NCBI GenBank assembly: GCA_965140785.1
Contig: OZ223481.1
Span: forward strand, 224,001 to 288,000
Length of the DNA stretch: 64,000 nucleotides
Source: an uncultured Ruficoccus sp.
GTDB taxonomy: Bacteria > Verrucomicrobiota > Verrucomicrobiia > Opitutales > Cerasicoccaceae
Direction: 5' to 3'
Position numbers and translations under genes: made by a program. A model generated the notes under the pieces. The model did not search any database. It was given only the letters and a program-made list of their open reading frames with translations, and had not been told where the DNA came from. Shown here in pieces: positions 40,416 through 49,861 of the stretch (positions within the stretch are counted from its first letter, which is position 1; each line of letters begins with the position of its first letter).

Positions 40416-41435
40416 ATGGCTTATCCTACGCGAGACGGAATACTCTTTCACAATGTCGGGGAGCTTTTTCCCGAGCCTACCGGCGGCCTGCGCCTGCAGC
40501 GGACGCCCGAGGCGGTGCGACTGGAGCTTAATGAGATGGCGCAGGCGCGGATGCTCTGGCCGTGGGGGATCGAGCTGCGCACGGTGCCCAAAGACAACAC
40601 CCGGCCCGTCCGGCTGACACTTCGAACCTTGGAGGGCCAAGCCGAGGCTTGGGTCCAGTGGGGGCAGTTCGCCGAGCGGGCGGGCCGTCCGATCGGGACC
40701 GAGCCGACCACGCTCGAACTAAACTTTCCCGACATCGTGCGCGAATGCGGGCTGGAGCACTTCGGACATCATCCTTTCAAGCCCCAGGTCTGCCGGGTGC
40801 TGCTGCGCGGCGATCCGGTGGTCTATCTCGGCGCGGAGGGAGATCTGCGCCCGCCCGAGCCGGCGGAGCTGCCGCCGGTGCGCCTGCTGGCCTATGGGAC
40901 TTCAATCACGCAGGGGGTGGGCTGCTCGCATCAGCACCTCAGCTACATCCATCTGGCCGCCCGCGAACTGGGCTGGGACGTGATAAATCTCGGCTCCGGC
41001 GGTTCGGCGCTGTGCGATAGCGCGATCAGCGATTACATGCAGGGCTTGCCCGGCTGGGAGGCGGCGTTCCTGTGCCTTTCAGTCAATATGGTGGGACGCG
41101 GACTATCGGTCGAAACTTTTACCGAACGGGTTACGTACATGCTGGAGCGGCTGTCTTCTACGGGTAAGCCCATTCTGTGCATGTCGATCCTGCCCTATTT
41201 CGGGGACTTCTCCGGCCAGCCCCGGCAAAAGCCCACCCAGGAGTACCGCGCCGCCCTGCCGGGGATCTGCCGGAAGTTCAAGAATGTCCACTTTGTGGCC
41301 GGACCGGACATCCTCATGGACGTGGGCGACCTGACCGTCGACATGATCCACCCTTCCGACTTCGGCATGCTCAAAATCGCCCGCAACCTCGTGCCCCATC
41401 TGCGAGCCCTCCTGCCCGGTGGCAAGCCGGGTTGA
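40416..41435 (+). CDS. SGNH/GDSL hydrolase
   Basis: YGTSITQG, NLG.GG, SVN and D.IHP. Confidence 0.88.
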   Translation: MAYPTRDGILFHNVGELFPEPTGGLRLQRTPEAVRLELNEMAQARMLWPWGIELRTVPKDNTRPVRLTLRTLEGQAEAWVQWGQFAERAGRPIGTEPTTLELNFPDIVRECGLEHFGHHPFKPQVCRVLLRGDPVVYLGAEGDLRPPEPAELPPVRLLAYGTSITQGVGCSHQHLSYIHLAARELGWDVINLGSGGSALCDSAISDYMQGLPGWEAAFLCLSVNMVGRGLSVETFTERVTYMLERLSSTGKPILCMSILPYFGDFSGQPRQKPTQEYRAALPGICRKFKNVHFVAGPDILMDVGDLTVDMIHPSDFGMLKIARNLVPHLRALLPGGKPG

Positions 41436-41575
41436 GGCGCGGACGCTCTGAACATTTGCCTGGACGAGCTTCGGATGATATCCCGGCCTGGTTCTCGTCG
41501 GGATAGGGGAGTAACTCCCGGCGGGAGCGGTCATCCTCTCTTGACGAAGACTAACGCTCGTGAGTAAAGTTATAA

Positions 41576-42646
41576 ATGGCTTCGATTCCGCTTCTTTCCA
41601 CGGAGGACATTTGGAGGTCGTCCTTTTCCATCCGGCCGTCCAGCTTGCTTAAGGACTGGTCGGTCTGGGCGGTCGCTCTGCTGGGAGCAAGTGTTTCGGC
41701 GCTCCAGGCAGCTTCGCTGCCGGACTCCCCCGCCGATACATTGCCCGCTCCCGACTACCGCGAGGCCGAGAGCTGGCTGGCGCGAGCCGACGCCCCGGAC
41801 AAGCCGGTGGATGTGTTCTATGTCTATCCGACTGTTTACAACGGCACCACCCCGGCCAACATGGACGTGCGCGATCCCGCTCTAAGGGCCGCCGCCGCGC
41901 ATTTGCTCGATACCCAGGCTAGCGTTTTCACCCCCAGCGCTAATCTCTACGCTCCCTACTACCGTCAGGCCTCGTTTCAGTACCTGGACCCGGCGCAGGA
42001 TATGTTTGAGAACCCGGTTTTCCGGGTGGGGGCCGCAGATGTCGAGCGGGCGTTTGAATACTACCTGGAGCACTGCAACGACGGACGCCCCTTTATCATC
42101 GCTTCTCACAGCCAGGGTACGCTGACCACGCTCAATCTGATGCGCAAATACCTCCGAGACCCGGAGCTGCAAAAGCGGCTCGTGGCCGCCTACCTGATCG
42201 GCTATTCGGTCATGCCGGAGGATTTTGAGAAATACCCCTGGATCAAGCCCGCCACGGGCCCGACGGATACGGGCGTGGTCATCTCCTACAACACACAGAG
42301 CCCCGCGGCTACCGGCTCGCCCGTGCTCAAGCCCGGCGCCTTCTGCATCAATCCGCTGACCTGGACCACGGACGAGGCCCCGGCCGACAAGCTCCTCAAC
42401 CACGGAGCGGTCTTTTTCGCGGACGACTCGGGCATCATCCTGCGCGAAGTGCCGTACTATGTCGGGGCGCAGGTGGACCGGGCCAGCGGCGCGCTGGTCT
42501 GCGAACCGCCGGATGCGGACCTTGACATCGGCCATTTTCCGCCCGGCGTCTATCACAAGTTCGACTACGTCTTCTGGTACCGGAACCTCCAGGACAACGT
42601 CCGTGCCCGCGTTGAGAGCTACCTGCGTCAGCAGGACGAACAATAG
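41576..42646 (+). CDS. DUF3089 alpha/beta-hydrolase family protein
   Basis: VDVFYVYPT, YAPYYRQ, GRPFIIASHSQG, LVAAYLIG, CINPL.W and YH.FDY. Confidence 0.9.
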   Translation: MASIPLLSTEDIWRSSFSIRPSSLLKDWSVWAVALLGASVSALQAASLPDSPADTLPAPDYREAESWLARADAPDKPVDVFYVYPTVYNGTTPANMDVRDPALRAAAAHLLDTQASVFTPSANLYAPYYRQASFQYLDPAQDMFENPVFRVGAADVERAFEYYLEHCNDGRPFIIASHSQGTLTTLNLMRKYLRDPELQKRLVAAYLIGYSVMPEDFEKYPWIKPATGPTDTGVVISYNTQSPAATGSPVLKPGAFCINPLTWTTDEAPADKLLNHGAVFFADDSGIILREVPYYVGAQVDRASGALVCEPPDADLDIGHFPPGVYHKFDYVFWYRNLQDNVRARVESYLRQQDEQ

Positions 42647-42790
42647 AGCACTTTCGCTTTAATCTGTCTTGCGGCTCGCGGCGTTGGCTGGGGGACTTAC
42701 GGGCTTCCAGCCCGCTACGCTCCCAGCCGCCTGCCGAGCCTTCAAGACATTTCCCCACCGAGTGCGACAGATTAAAGCGAAAGTGCTCTA
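42644..42790. mobile_element. MITE, 147 bp, with perfect 25-bp TIRs
   Basis: TAGAGCACTTTCGCTTTAATCTGTC (42644-42668) and its exact reverse complement (42766-42790); TA at both ends; internally self-complementary. Confidence 0.85.
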
Positions 42791-42861
42791 GTCGGCGCTG
42801 GCCCAAATTTTGTTCACGCGGGTCAGTTGGCCCGAGGTGAAACGCAGCCTGTCGTTTGCGC

Positions 42862-44751
42862 CTACGCGCCCACCCGGGCGCTGCCGCGGCTTTGATTTTC
42901 CAGGCCGTGGTCGGGCTCGCTCAGGTCGTCGGGGTCGAGGGCGGCGACGACCTCGGTCCACTTCATGCCCGGTTCGGGGTCGCGGGTAAGGGGCAACGGC
43001 TCGCCGTGCGCCTCGAAGCTGAAGAGGCGGATCGGGGACTCGCCCCAGGCGGCCTCTCCGGTGAAGCGCAGGGCCCGGACTTCGCGCCCGACAGGGAGCA
43101 CGACCAGGCGGCGGCGGTTGTCGGTGTCGGCGTAAAGGCTTTCCCACTGACCGCTGGCGCTCTGGGCCTCGATCTTGTAGGCGCGTACAAGCTGCTTGGG
43201 CATGGTGCAGTGGCGCTCCTGGTGCGGGTAGAGGACTGGCATCCTCTTGTTGTCATTGAGGTCGCTGTCGAAGACCATGCGGAGGCACTCGACCTTTTGC
43301 GGGTTCTTGAACGACAGGGTCAAGGGCGTGCCGGGGGCGGCTTCCCAGGCGTGGTCTTCGCCGTCGATGGGGCGCTCGTGGCCGTCGAACAGGGCACCGG
43401 TTGCGACCGGACTGTCGAACTCGCTCCCGCGCATCAGCTCGGGCAGGGGCTTGGCCAGACCGGGCAGCCAACAGTCGTCCTCCATCAGCATGCGCTGAAG
43501 CTCCTGCAGGGCCGGGCCGGTGATCTGGCCAGGGCGAATCGAGCGTTGCACACAGACGGCGGCGGCGGTGCCGACCGCCTGTCCCATGAGGGCACAGGTG
43601 GCCATGACGCGCGTCGAGGACATCGCGCTGTGGGTGGCCGAGATGTTACGCCCGGCGCAGAAAAGATTGTCCACGTTGCGCGAATACAGGCTGCGCAGCG
43701 GAATCCCGTAGGGGGAGGGGGCCTTGTGGAAGATGGTAGGCTTGCCCGGGTAATAGAGGCCGGCGGGGTGGTGGTCGTCCATGCTCCAACCGCCGTAGGC
43801 GACGATGTCCTCAAAGGGACCGGCGGCGTCCACGTCGTGTTGGGTCAGGATATGCTCGCCGAGGTAACGGCGGTTTTCGCGCTTGCCGGGCAGGGCGCCC
43901 ATCCAGCGCAGGCGCCAGTTGGTCAGCTTTTCGGCCTGGGGGCCGCGATTTTTCATGTAGTCCCAGACGCCCCAGGTGACTTTATAGAGGTCGTCGCGGA
44001 TGCTTTCGGCGTCGTCGATCGTGTTGAGCAGGCCGCCGAGTTCCAGCCACCAGAAGTTCTGGCCCAGGCCGGAGCCGACGCGGGAGGGCAGGTTGGAGTC
44101 CTGGTCAAAGTGGTAGGCCCACACGGGCGGGGAGAAGGGCTGCGGGTGGGGCGTCTCCTCCAACTGCATCAGGATGGTGTTGCCCATGGTCTTGAGGTCG
44201 GCCTTGAGCGGGGCGATGGACTCGCCGAACTCCTCGCGGCTCTCCCGGCCCGAGCGGGTCTCCGCGCCCGAAAGGGGCGCCAGGATGGAATCGCCCGAGC
44301 TGTCGATGAAATACCGGGCCTGAACGCGGTGGCGGATCTGGGTGGTGAGCTGCCAAGCGTCGATGGCGACGAGCCTGCCGTCCTCGATCTCGGCCCCGTG
44401 GCAGGAGCAGTTGAGCAAGGTGGTCAGCCCAGGGGTCATCTTGGCGTACTCGAACAGGACCGAATCCCAGACCGCATACATGCCCTGCGGGTTGCGGTGA
44501 ATGTTGCCCAGCTGCATCTCCTCCAGCAGGCCGGTTTCCTTCTTGTGCTGGCCGTGTGCGCCGCAGATCCACATGCGCACCTCCGAGGAGGCATTGCCGC
44601 CGAGCACGGGGCGGTCATGTACCAGCACCACGGAGCAGCCCCGCCGGGCTGCCGAGACGGCGGCGATGAGCCCGGCCATGCCCCCGCCGACCACGCAGAC
44701 GTCGGCGGTGTGGGTTTGCTGGGGTAAACGGGATTGGGTCTGAGTTGCCAT
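42862..44751 (-). CDS. FAD-dependent oxidoreductase
   Basis: DVCVVGGG.AG..AA..AAR.G, LGGNASSE, FID.SGD, RENRR and AGRNISATH.A.SSTRVM.TC..MGQA.G. Confidence 0.9.
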   Translation of the reverse strand: MATQTQSRLPQQTHTADVCVVGGGMAGLIAAVSAARRGCSVVLVHDRPVLGGNASSEVRMWICGAHGQHKKETGLLEEMQLGNIHRNPQGMYAVWDSVLFEYAKMTPGLTTLLNCSCHGAEIEDGRLVAIDAWQLTTQIRHRVQARYFIDSSGDSILAPLSGAETRSGRESREEFGESIAPLKADLKTMGNTILMQLEETPHPQPFSPPVWAYHFDQDSNLPSRVGSGLGQNFWWLELGGLLNTIDDAESIRDDLYKVTWGVWDYMKNRGPQAEKLTNWRLRWMGALPGKRENRRYLGEHILTQHDVDAAGPFEDIVAYGGWSMDDHHPAGLYYPGKPTIFHKAPSPYGIPLRSLYSRNVDNLFCAGRNISATHSAMSSTRVMATCALMGQAVGTAAAVCVQRSIRPGQITGPALQELQRMLMEDDCWLPGLAKPLPELMRGSEFDSPVATGALFDGHERPIDGEDHAWEAAPGTPLTLSFKNPQKVECLRMVFDSDLNDNKRMPVLYPHQERHCTMPKQLVRAYKIEAQSASGQWESLYADTDNRRRLVVLPVGREVRALRFTGEAAWGESPIRLFSFEAHGEPLPLTRDPEPGMKWTEVVAALDPDDLSEPDHGLENQSRGSARVGA

Positions 44752-44844
44752 GATGATAACCAGTCTGTCTCACGGGACCGGTGGGCACAATGGGATTGCC
44801 AATCAGGAATTGCACATTTTATGTCAAATATTCAACATATGCCG

Positions 44845-45729
44845 ATGAGGAAAAAACCACCGGCCTCGATTTACCCGTCTTTCCGCCTCAACCAGTGGGT
44901 CGCGCTGCGGTTGCAACTGCTCTGGGCCTACGAAAAGGTGATGGAGACCAGCACGAGCGTGAGCAGGGGCACAGAATACACCTTTCAAAGCGCTCTGCTG
45001 GTGCGCAAGGGATGGGCGCTGCTCGGCAGCTCCGAGGAAGAGGCCCTGCGCGCCGATCCCGGCCAGTGGATTATCCTGGGGCAGGGCTGGCGCTGGCAGC
45101 GTTTCAGCCCGGATTGCGTGCTGTTTTCGATCGGTTTCCGCTTCCAACTGCCCAACGGCGAGCCGATCTACGACAAGGGTTTCCCCCTGCGGATCGAGTC
45201 GGAGGATTTTCCACAGCTCAAGCGCGAGGCTTTCAAGGTCATGCGCTCGATTAAAAAGCACATCGGGCTGGGCTTTTACCTGGGCGAACGTTCCATCGAC
45301 ATGCGTGACTACCTGTTGTCCCAGAACGCCCTGCGGCTTTTCCTGATCGAGCTGGCCGCGGTCTTTTCCGCGCACGGCATCGCCCCGCGGCACCTGAGCG
45401 AGCACAGTGACCCGGTGCGCGGCACCCTGGAGCTGATCCAGCGCATGCCTCCCGGAAAGGTCTTGAAAAGCGCCGAAGTCGCCCGTCGCATCGGCCTGAG
45501 CCAGACGCACCTGGACCGCCTGATGGTGGTCGAGACCGGCCACACCGTCCACCAGCAGATCGAGCTGCTGCGGCTTCAGCAGGCGCAGGCCGCGCTTCAG
45601 GCCCGGACCGCCTCGCTCAAGTCCATCGCCTACGACCTGGGCTTCTGCTCGCCCTCGCACTTCCACAGTTGGTTTCGCCGCCACCAGGGCATGACCCCCA
45701 TGCAGTTCCGCGAGCGCAACGCCTGGTAG
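44845..45729 (+). CDS. AraC family transcriptional regulator
   Basis: C-terminal VARRIGLSQTHL.RL and IAYDLGFCSPSHF..WF.R..G.TP.QFR. Divergent from the oxidoreductase. Start uncertain (44821-44845). Confidence 0.88.
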   Translation: MRKKPPASIYPSFRLNQWVALRLQLLWAYEKVMETSTSVSRGTEYTFQSALLVRKGWALLGSSEEEALRADPGQWIILGQGWRWQRFSPDCVLFSIGFRFQLPNGEPIYDKGFPLRIESEDFPQLKREAFKVMRSIKKHIGLGFYLGERSIDMRDYLLSQNALRLFLIELAAVFSAHGIAPRHLSEHSDPVRGTLELIQRMPPGKVLKSAEVARRIGLSQTHLDRLMVVETGHTVHQQIELLRLQQAQAALQARTASLKSIAYDLGFCSPSHFHSWFRRHQGMTPMQFRERNAW

Positions 45730-45831
45730 CATTCCGGGCCATTACCTAGACGCCTCCTGCGGACCGGAAAAACCCCGCATGCCGTGGATTTTAGGCTTTC
45801 GACGCGGTAGATGGGGTGGTTATTTCCTGTT

Positions 45832-48000
45832 ATGCCATCCACTGCTTCTCATATTGTTTCAGCTTCCGAAAACGCCTTGGCGCGGGTGAAATTTCAACCC
45901 GTTCCAGACTGGGCCATCCTGCATGAAGCCCCCGCCGACGTGGCGCGCAAGGATGGAGACGTGCTAACGCAATTACTGATCGATTTGCAGCATCACCGGC
46001 AGGATCAAGCCGTCTTCCAGCATCGGGTGATCCGGCTGGAGAGCATGGACGCCGTCCAGCACCTGTCACAATGGACGCTGGATTTCTGTCCGTTGACGCA
46101 GCATATCATCCTGCATGACCTGACGGTGATCCGGGGCGGTGAACGCAAGCAGTACGCGCACCCTGATAACATTCGCCTGTTGAACCGAGAGCGTAATCTG
46201 GAAGCGTTTATCGTGGACGGTCTGGCCACGCTCCTGATTGTCCTGGCGGACATTCGTGTCGGGGACATCATTGATCAGTCGCTGACTATTGTCACCCGCC
46301 CGCATTTGCTTACAGAGGAGTTTTTTGATTTCTACTCGTTGCCGGTTCAGACACAGATCGGCGCCTTTTACTACTCGGTCACGGCCCCGGCCGGAAAGCT
46401 CCCCCAGTGGCGTGGATCGGAGTCGATGGGGGAGCCTGAAACTATTGCCGAAGACGGGAGTGAGCGCCTCCTCTGGCGGAGGGAAGGGGTATCGCGTTTC
46501 GAAAGCGAGCCCAACGTGCCGGCCTGGCACATGCCTCCGGCCTGGTTGCAGTTCTCGAGTCTGGACAGCTGGGAGTCGGCCTCACGTGCCACGGCAGCGG
46601 CCTGGCCGCGGTGTGGCGATGGGACGGAGATCGAGACATACATTGCCAGTGTCAAAGCCGAACATCCGACGCTGGAAGCCCAGATCGAAGCGGTCCTGCG
46701 GTTTGTGCAGGACGATTTCCGCTACCTGAGCGTCAACGAAGCTGTCGGCGGGCAGATCCCCAGCGCTCCAGATACGGTGCTGGGCCGCCGCTATGGCGAC
46801 TGCAAGGATTTGTCCCTCCTGCTGACGGAATTCCTCGCCCGGCTGGGAGTGCGTGCGCGACCCCTGGTTGTTAACGCAACTATCGGCAAGACCCTTCCGC
46901 AACTTCTGCCCAGCCTCGATCTTTTCAATCACGCCATTGTTTCCTTCTTTTACGAGGACAGGGAATACTGGGTCGATCCGACTCTCAGTACGCAGGGCGG
47001 GGGGCCCTTTCGGCGCGCCGTGGGAGAATTCACCCACGGCCTGCCGATTGAGACGGCGGGCGTGGGCCTGCTCTCCCAGCCAGACTCCGGCAGCCGGGAT
47101 TCGTATCAGCTCTATGATACCTTGCTCCTGGACACCGCCGGCGGGCATTCCCTGTTGAGAATCCAGATCCTCGCGACGGGCCGTCATGCCGACGGTTTTC
47201 GCAACCGCCTGCACCGGGCCGGAGAGGAGGGCTTCAGGCAGGATTTAATCAACCAGACGCGGGAGCGTTACAAGGTCGAGGAAATGCCCGATAAGCCGGT
47301 TTATGAAGATGACCGTGACGCCAATATCTGGCGCATGGTCGAGGTCTACCAACTGCCCCGGTTGCAGGGCAGCCAGAACGGCCAGTACGGGGTGAGCCTG
47401 CCGGACGGTCTGCCGCTCATGTTGCTACCTTTTCCAGATGATAAAAAGCGGCAGGCTCCCTTTGCCGTGCCCACTGACATCGACATCACGCACACGACGG
47501 AAATCCGGTCCCCTGCCAACCGGCGTCAACCCGGTCGCGCCGAACGCGCAACCTTTAATGACATCCACTTAACCGTGGATACGCGGTTCAGGGACCAGAT
47601 ATGGAAGCATGTCGTTTCCCTGAAGTCGGGCACGGATCATATCCTGCCGAAAGATATCGACGTTTTCCGGACATCCTTCCGCAAGCCCATGCAGGAAGCC
47701 GGCATGTCCATCCAGCTTCCGCGTGGGCACCGTCGTCCGCGCCGCGGCAAGGACTTCCTGGAACTGCTGCCGTTGTCATCCGCTACTCCCGAGGCCGGTA
47801 AGATTAATGGCCCGCCCCCCAAAAAAGCGACCCGCGAATTTCATCCGTCCGTTAAAAAATACCGCTCACATTCTTCCGGCTCCCGCCGCCCTGCAGGGTC
47901 CCATACCGATAACAAGAGATCGACCGCCGTCATCTGGGTCGTCATCGGGTTCATCGCCCTGGTGGTGAAGTTTGTACTCCTGCTGATGCGCAATAACTAG
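45832..48000 (+). CDS. DUF3857 / transglutaminase-like protein
   Basis: RVGDIID, FVQD..RY, RRYGDCKD.S.LL, FNHAIV and WVDPT (Cys-His-Asp triad); C-terminal TM. Confidence 0.88.
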   Translation: MPSTASHIVSASENALARVKFQPVPDWAILHEAPADVARKDGDVLTQLLIDLQHHRQDQAVFQHRVIRLESMDAVQHLSQWTLDFCPLTQHIILHDLTVIRGGERKQYAHPDNIRLLNRERNLEAFIVDGLATLLIVLADIRVGDIIDQSLTIVTRPHLLTEEFFDFYSLPVQTQIGAFYYSVTAPAGKLPQWRGSESMGEPETIAEDGSERLLWRREGVSRFESEPNVPAWHMPPAWLQFSSLDSWESASRATAAAWPRCGDGTEIETYIASVKAEHPTLEAQIEAVLRFVQDDFRYLSVNEAVGGQIPSAPDTVLGRRYGDCKDLSLLLTEFLARLGVRARPLVVNATIGKTLPQLLPSLDLFNHAIVSFFYEDREYWVDPTLSTQGGGPFRRAVGEFTHGLPIETAGVGLLSQPDSGSRDSYQLYDTLLLDTAGGHSLLRIQILATGRHADGFRNRLHRAGEEGFRQDLINQTRERYKVEEMPDKPVYEDDRDANIWRMVEVYQLPRLQGSQNGQYGVSLPDGLPLMLLPFPDDKKRQAPFAVPTDIDITHTTEIRSPANRRQPGRAERATFNDIHLTVDTRFRDQIWKHVVSLKSGTDHILPKDIDVFRTSFRKPMQEAGMSIQLPRGHRRPRRGKDFLELLPLSSATPEAGKINGPPPKKATREFHPSVKKYRSHSSGSRRPAGSHTDNKRSTAVIWVVIGFIALVVKFVLLLMRNN

Positions 48001-48250
48001 GGCGAATCGACATTCATGGTTCAATATTGGGTTTGACGTGTTGTATGCTAAAGGATGGCCCGACGTTACGAACTGACAAAGGAACAATTTGCGCAGGAGG
48101 AGGAGCTTCTCCCTGGCAAAGCGGGCGATCCCGAGGAGGCCTAGCGACCAAGATTCATTTGCTGTGCGATGCCCTGGGCAGACCGCTACGCTTCCTGCTT
48201 ACCGGCGGCGAAAAAGCCGACTGCCAGGGTGCGTTGCCGCTGCTGTCCTG
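47998..48250 (+). mobile_element. IS5-family relic A (left end plus internally deleted transposase)
   Basis: TAG-GGCGAATCGACA end. MARRYELTKEQF...LLPGKAGDP (from 48055) is fused out of frame to GRSRGGLATKIHLLCDALGRPLRFLLTGGEKAD. Confidence 0.8.
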
Positions 48251-48655
48251 ATGAACCTTGATATCGGTCGCATCGAGCATAACAGCGATGTCGTGGCGGG
48301 CACACTGAGCGCCCATCCGCTGGAGCTGCCACTCCCACATCCCCGATTCGCACCAGCGCCGAAACGTACGCCATACACGGTTGCACTTGCCGTACTTGAC
48401 GGGCAGCTGATTCCACATCGAACCGGTGCATAATATCCACCAAATTCCGCTCAAGATACCGTCGAGGTCTCCATATGGACGCCCACGATTGCCGCTCACT
48501 TCTATACGGTAAGCGGTGTTGATTGTTTTAAGCCTTCACGCAGGACGTAAGGCAGCTCGGCAGCCTTGTGTTGTACCATTCAAAGAGCATGAAGCAGGTG
48601 CAAGGCTTTTAAATTCAAAATATTATAAACTAATGTACTTTGTCTACGCGGCCTA
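48243..48655 (-). mobile_element. IS5-family relic B (left end plus truncated transposase)
   Basis: End TAGGCCGCGTAGACAAAGTA (48655-48636); GRP...GI.WIL.TG..W..LP..YG....V...FRRW...G.W and LDAT.IKVHQ. Confidence 0.82.
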
Positions 48656-49838
48656 GAGTGGGAGAGAGCTCTGCGCTGGCCCAGGGCAGATGAGCTTCAC
48701 CGAAAAGGAGATTTGCCTCAAAGCAACGCTGGGTGTCCGCATTCAGACTTGGAATATGTTGATAGATGTCGCCGTTGAGATTGCTGGTCTTAATATATCG
48801 CGGGGGAACACTTTCGATTTCACAGTCACGGTGCAAGCGCACCACCAGCTCGGTGTGAGCACGGGCCATGGGCAATGTACACAATGGCGCCGTTATGCCT
48901 TCGATATGATCCAGAAACTTATCAATGATTAGTGTAGTCTGAAAAACATCCCGAGGAGGATATCTGCGTGGAGGTTCACCGGGCACTTCAATGGTTACGC
49001 CGTCGTCTTGAGTCCAGCGCAAGTTGCCGTTGCTGCCTTCAAGAAGGACAACGGGCTGGATCGATGCAGGGCTGCTGTGACTTCCCCAAAAGCTGAGTTC
49101 CTGACCGGTATCGAGCTGTGCACGAAGGCTGACCGTATCAAAGCTTTCGATATCCTGTACCCGGTACAGGCTTGCTTGAAGGGAGTGGCAACGCGCTGCG
49201 GCGTGTTGCTTGGCACCTGCCAGGAAGAGGCCGAGATTGACGAAATGCGCCATGGCATTATTAACCGGTGAGTCCAATACCCAGCCGATATTGTTACGCA
49301 ACCGCCCAGCCCAGTTGTTACGCTGATAATAGCTGCTGGGGCGCGGCCACAGGCACATAGCTCGAATGCGTTGGATTTGTCCTAGGTCGCCAGCCAGGAT
49401 CGTTGCTTTGGCCCACTGTAGACACGGACGATAAATATCTTGAAAGCCCACAGCGACGGTTTTCCCTGACTGAGCTTCGGCCTCGATCATAGCATCGACT
49501 TCTTCCAAGCTAGCGGCAGCTGGTTTTTCCAACAGCACATTCGCGCCCACAGCTAGGGCCTGTCGTGTCATGGAACAATGCCAGGCGATGCCCGTCGGGA
49601 TGATGCACAGGTCGATCTTGCCCGCTTGCTCCGCCCATAGATCGTCCACGCTTGAGTAGAGTTTGACCTTGGCGTCGCACAGTTTCTGACAGGCCCCATG
49701 CGCTTCCTCTGGGTTGATAACCACAGCGGCACGGAAATCGACACGCTCCCGCAGCTCGTCTGACAACAAGGCCCGCAGATGGATAGCTCCATAGCCGGTA
49801 ATGCCAATCAAGGCGATGCGCTGTCTTGATAAGGGCAT
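48630..49838 (-). CDS. Gfo/Idh/MocA family oxidoreductase
   Basis: IALIG..GYG, GANVLLEKP, VGFQ and NN..AH. Confidence 0.9.
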   Translation of the reverse strand: MPLSRQRIALIGITGYGAIHLRALLSDELRERVDFRAAVVINPEEAHGACQKLCDAKVKLYSSVDDLWAEQAGKIDLCIIPTGIAWHCSMTRQALAVGANVLLEKPAAASLEEVDAMIEAEAQSGKTVAVGFQDIYRPCLQWAKATILAGDLGQIQRIRAMCLWPRPSSYYQRNNWAGRLRNNIGWVLDSPVNNAMAHFVNLGLFLAGAKQHAAARCHSLQASLYRVQDIESFDTVSLRAQLDTGQELSFWGSHSSPASIQPVVLLEGSNGNLRWTQDDGVTIEVPGEPPRRYPPRDVFQTTLIIDKFLDHIEGITAPLCTLPMARAHTELVVRLHRDCEIESVPPRYIKTSNLNGDIYQHIPSLNADTQRCFEANLLFGEAHLPWASAELSPTLGRVDKVH

Positions 49839-49861
49839 GTGTTCTTAACCCCTTAGCAACC

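Noticed and set aside
41500..41560. yybP-ykoY (Mn) riboswitch-like AGGGGAGTAAC
   Set aside because: Too short for the four-way junction, P1 is weak, the downstream gene is not a Mn transporter, and the TTGACG is better explained as a -35 box.
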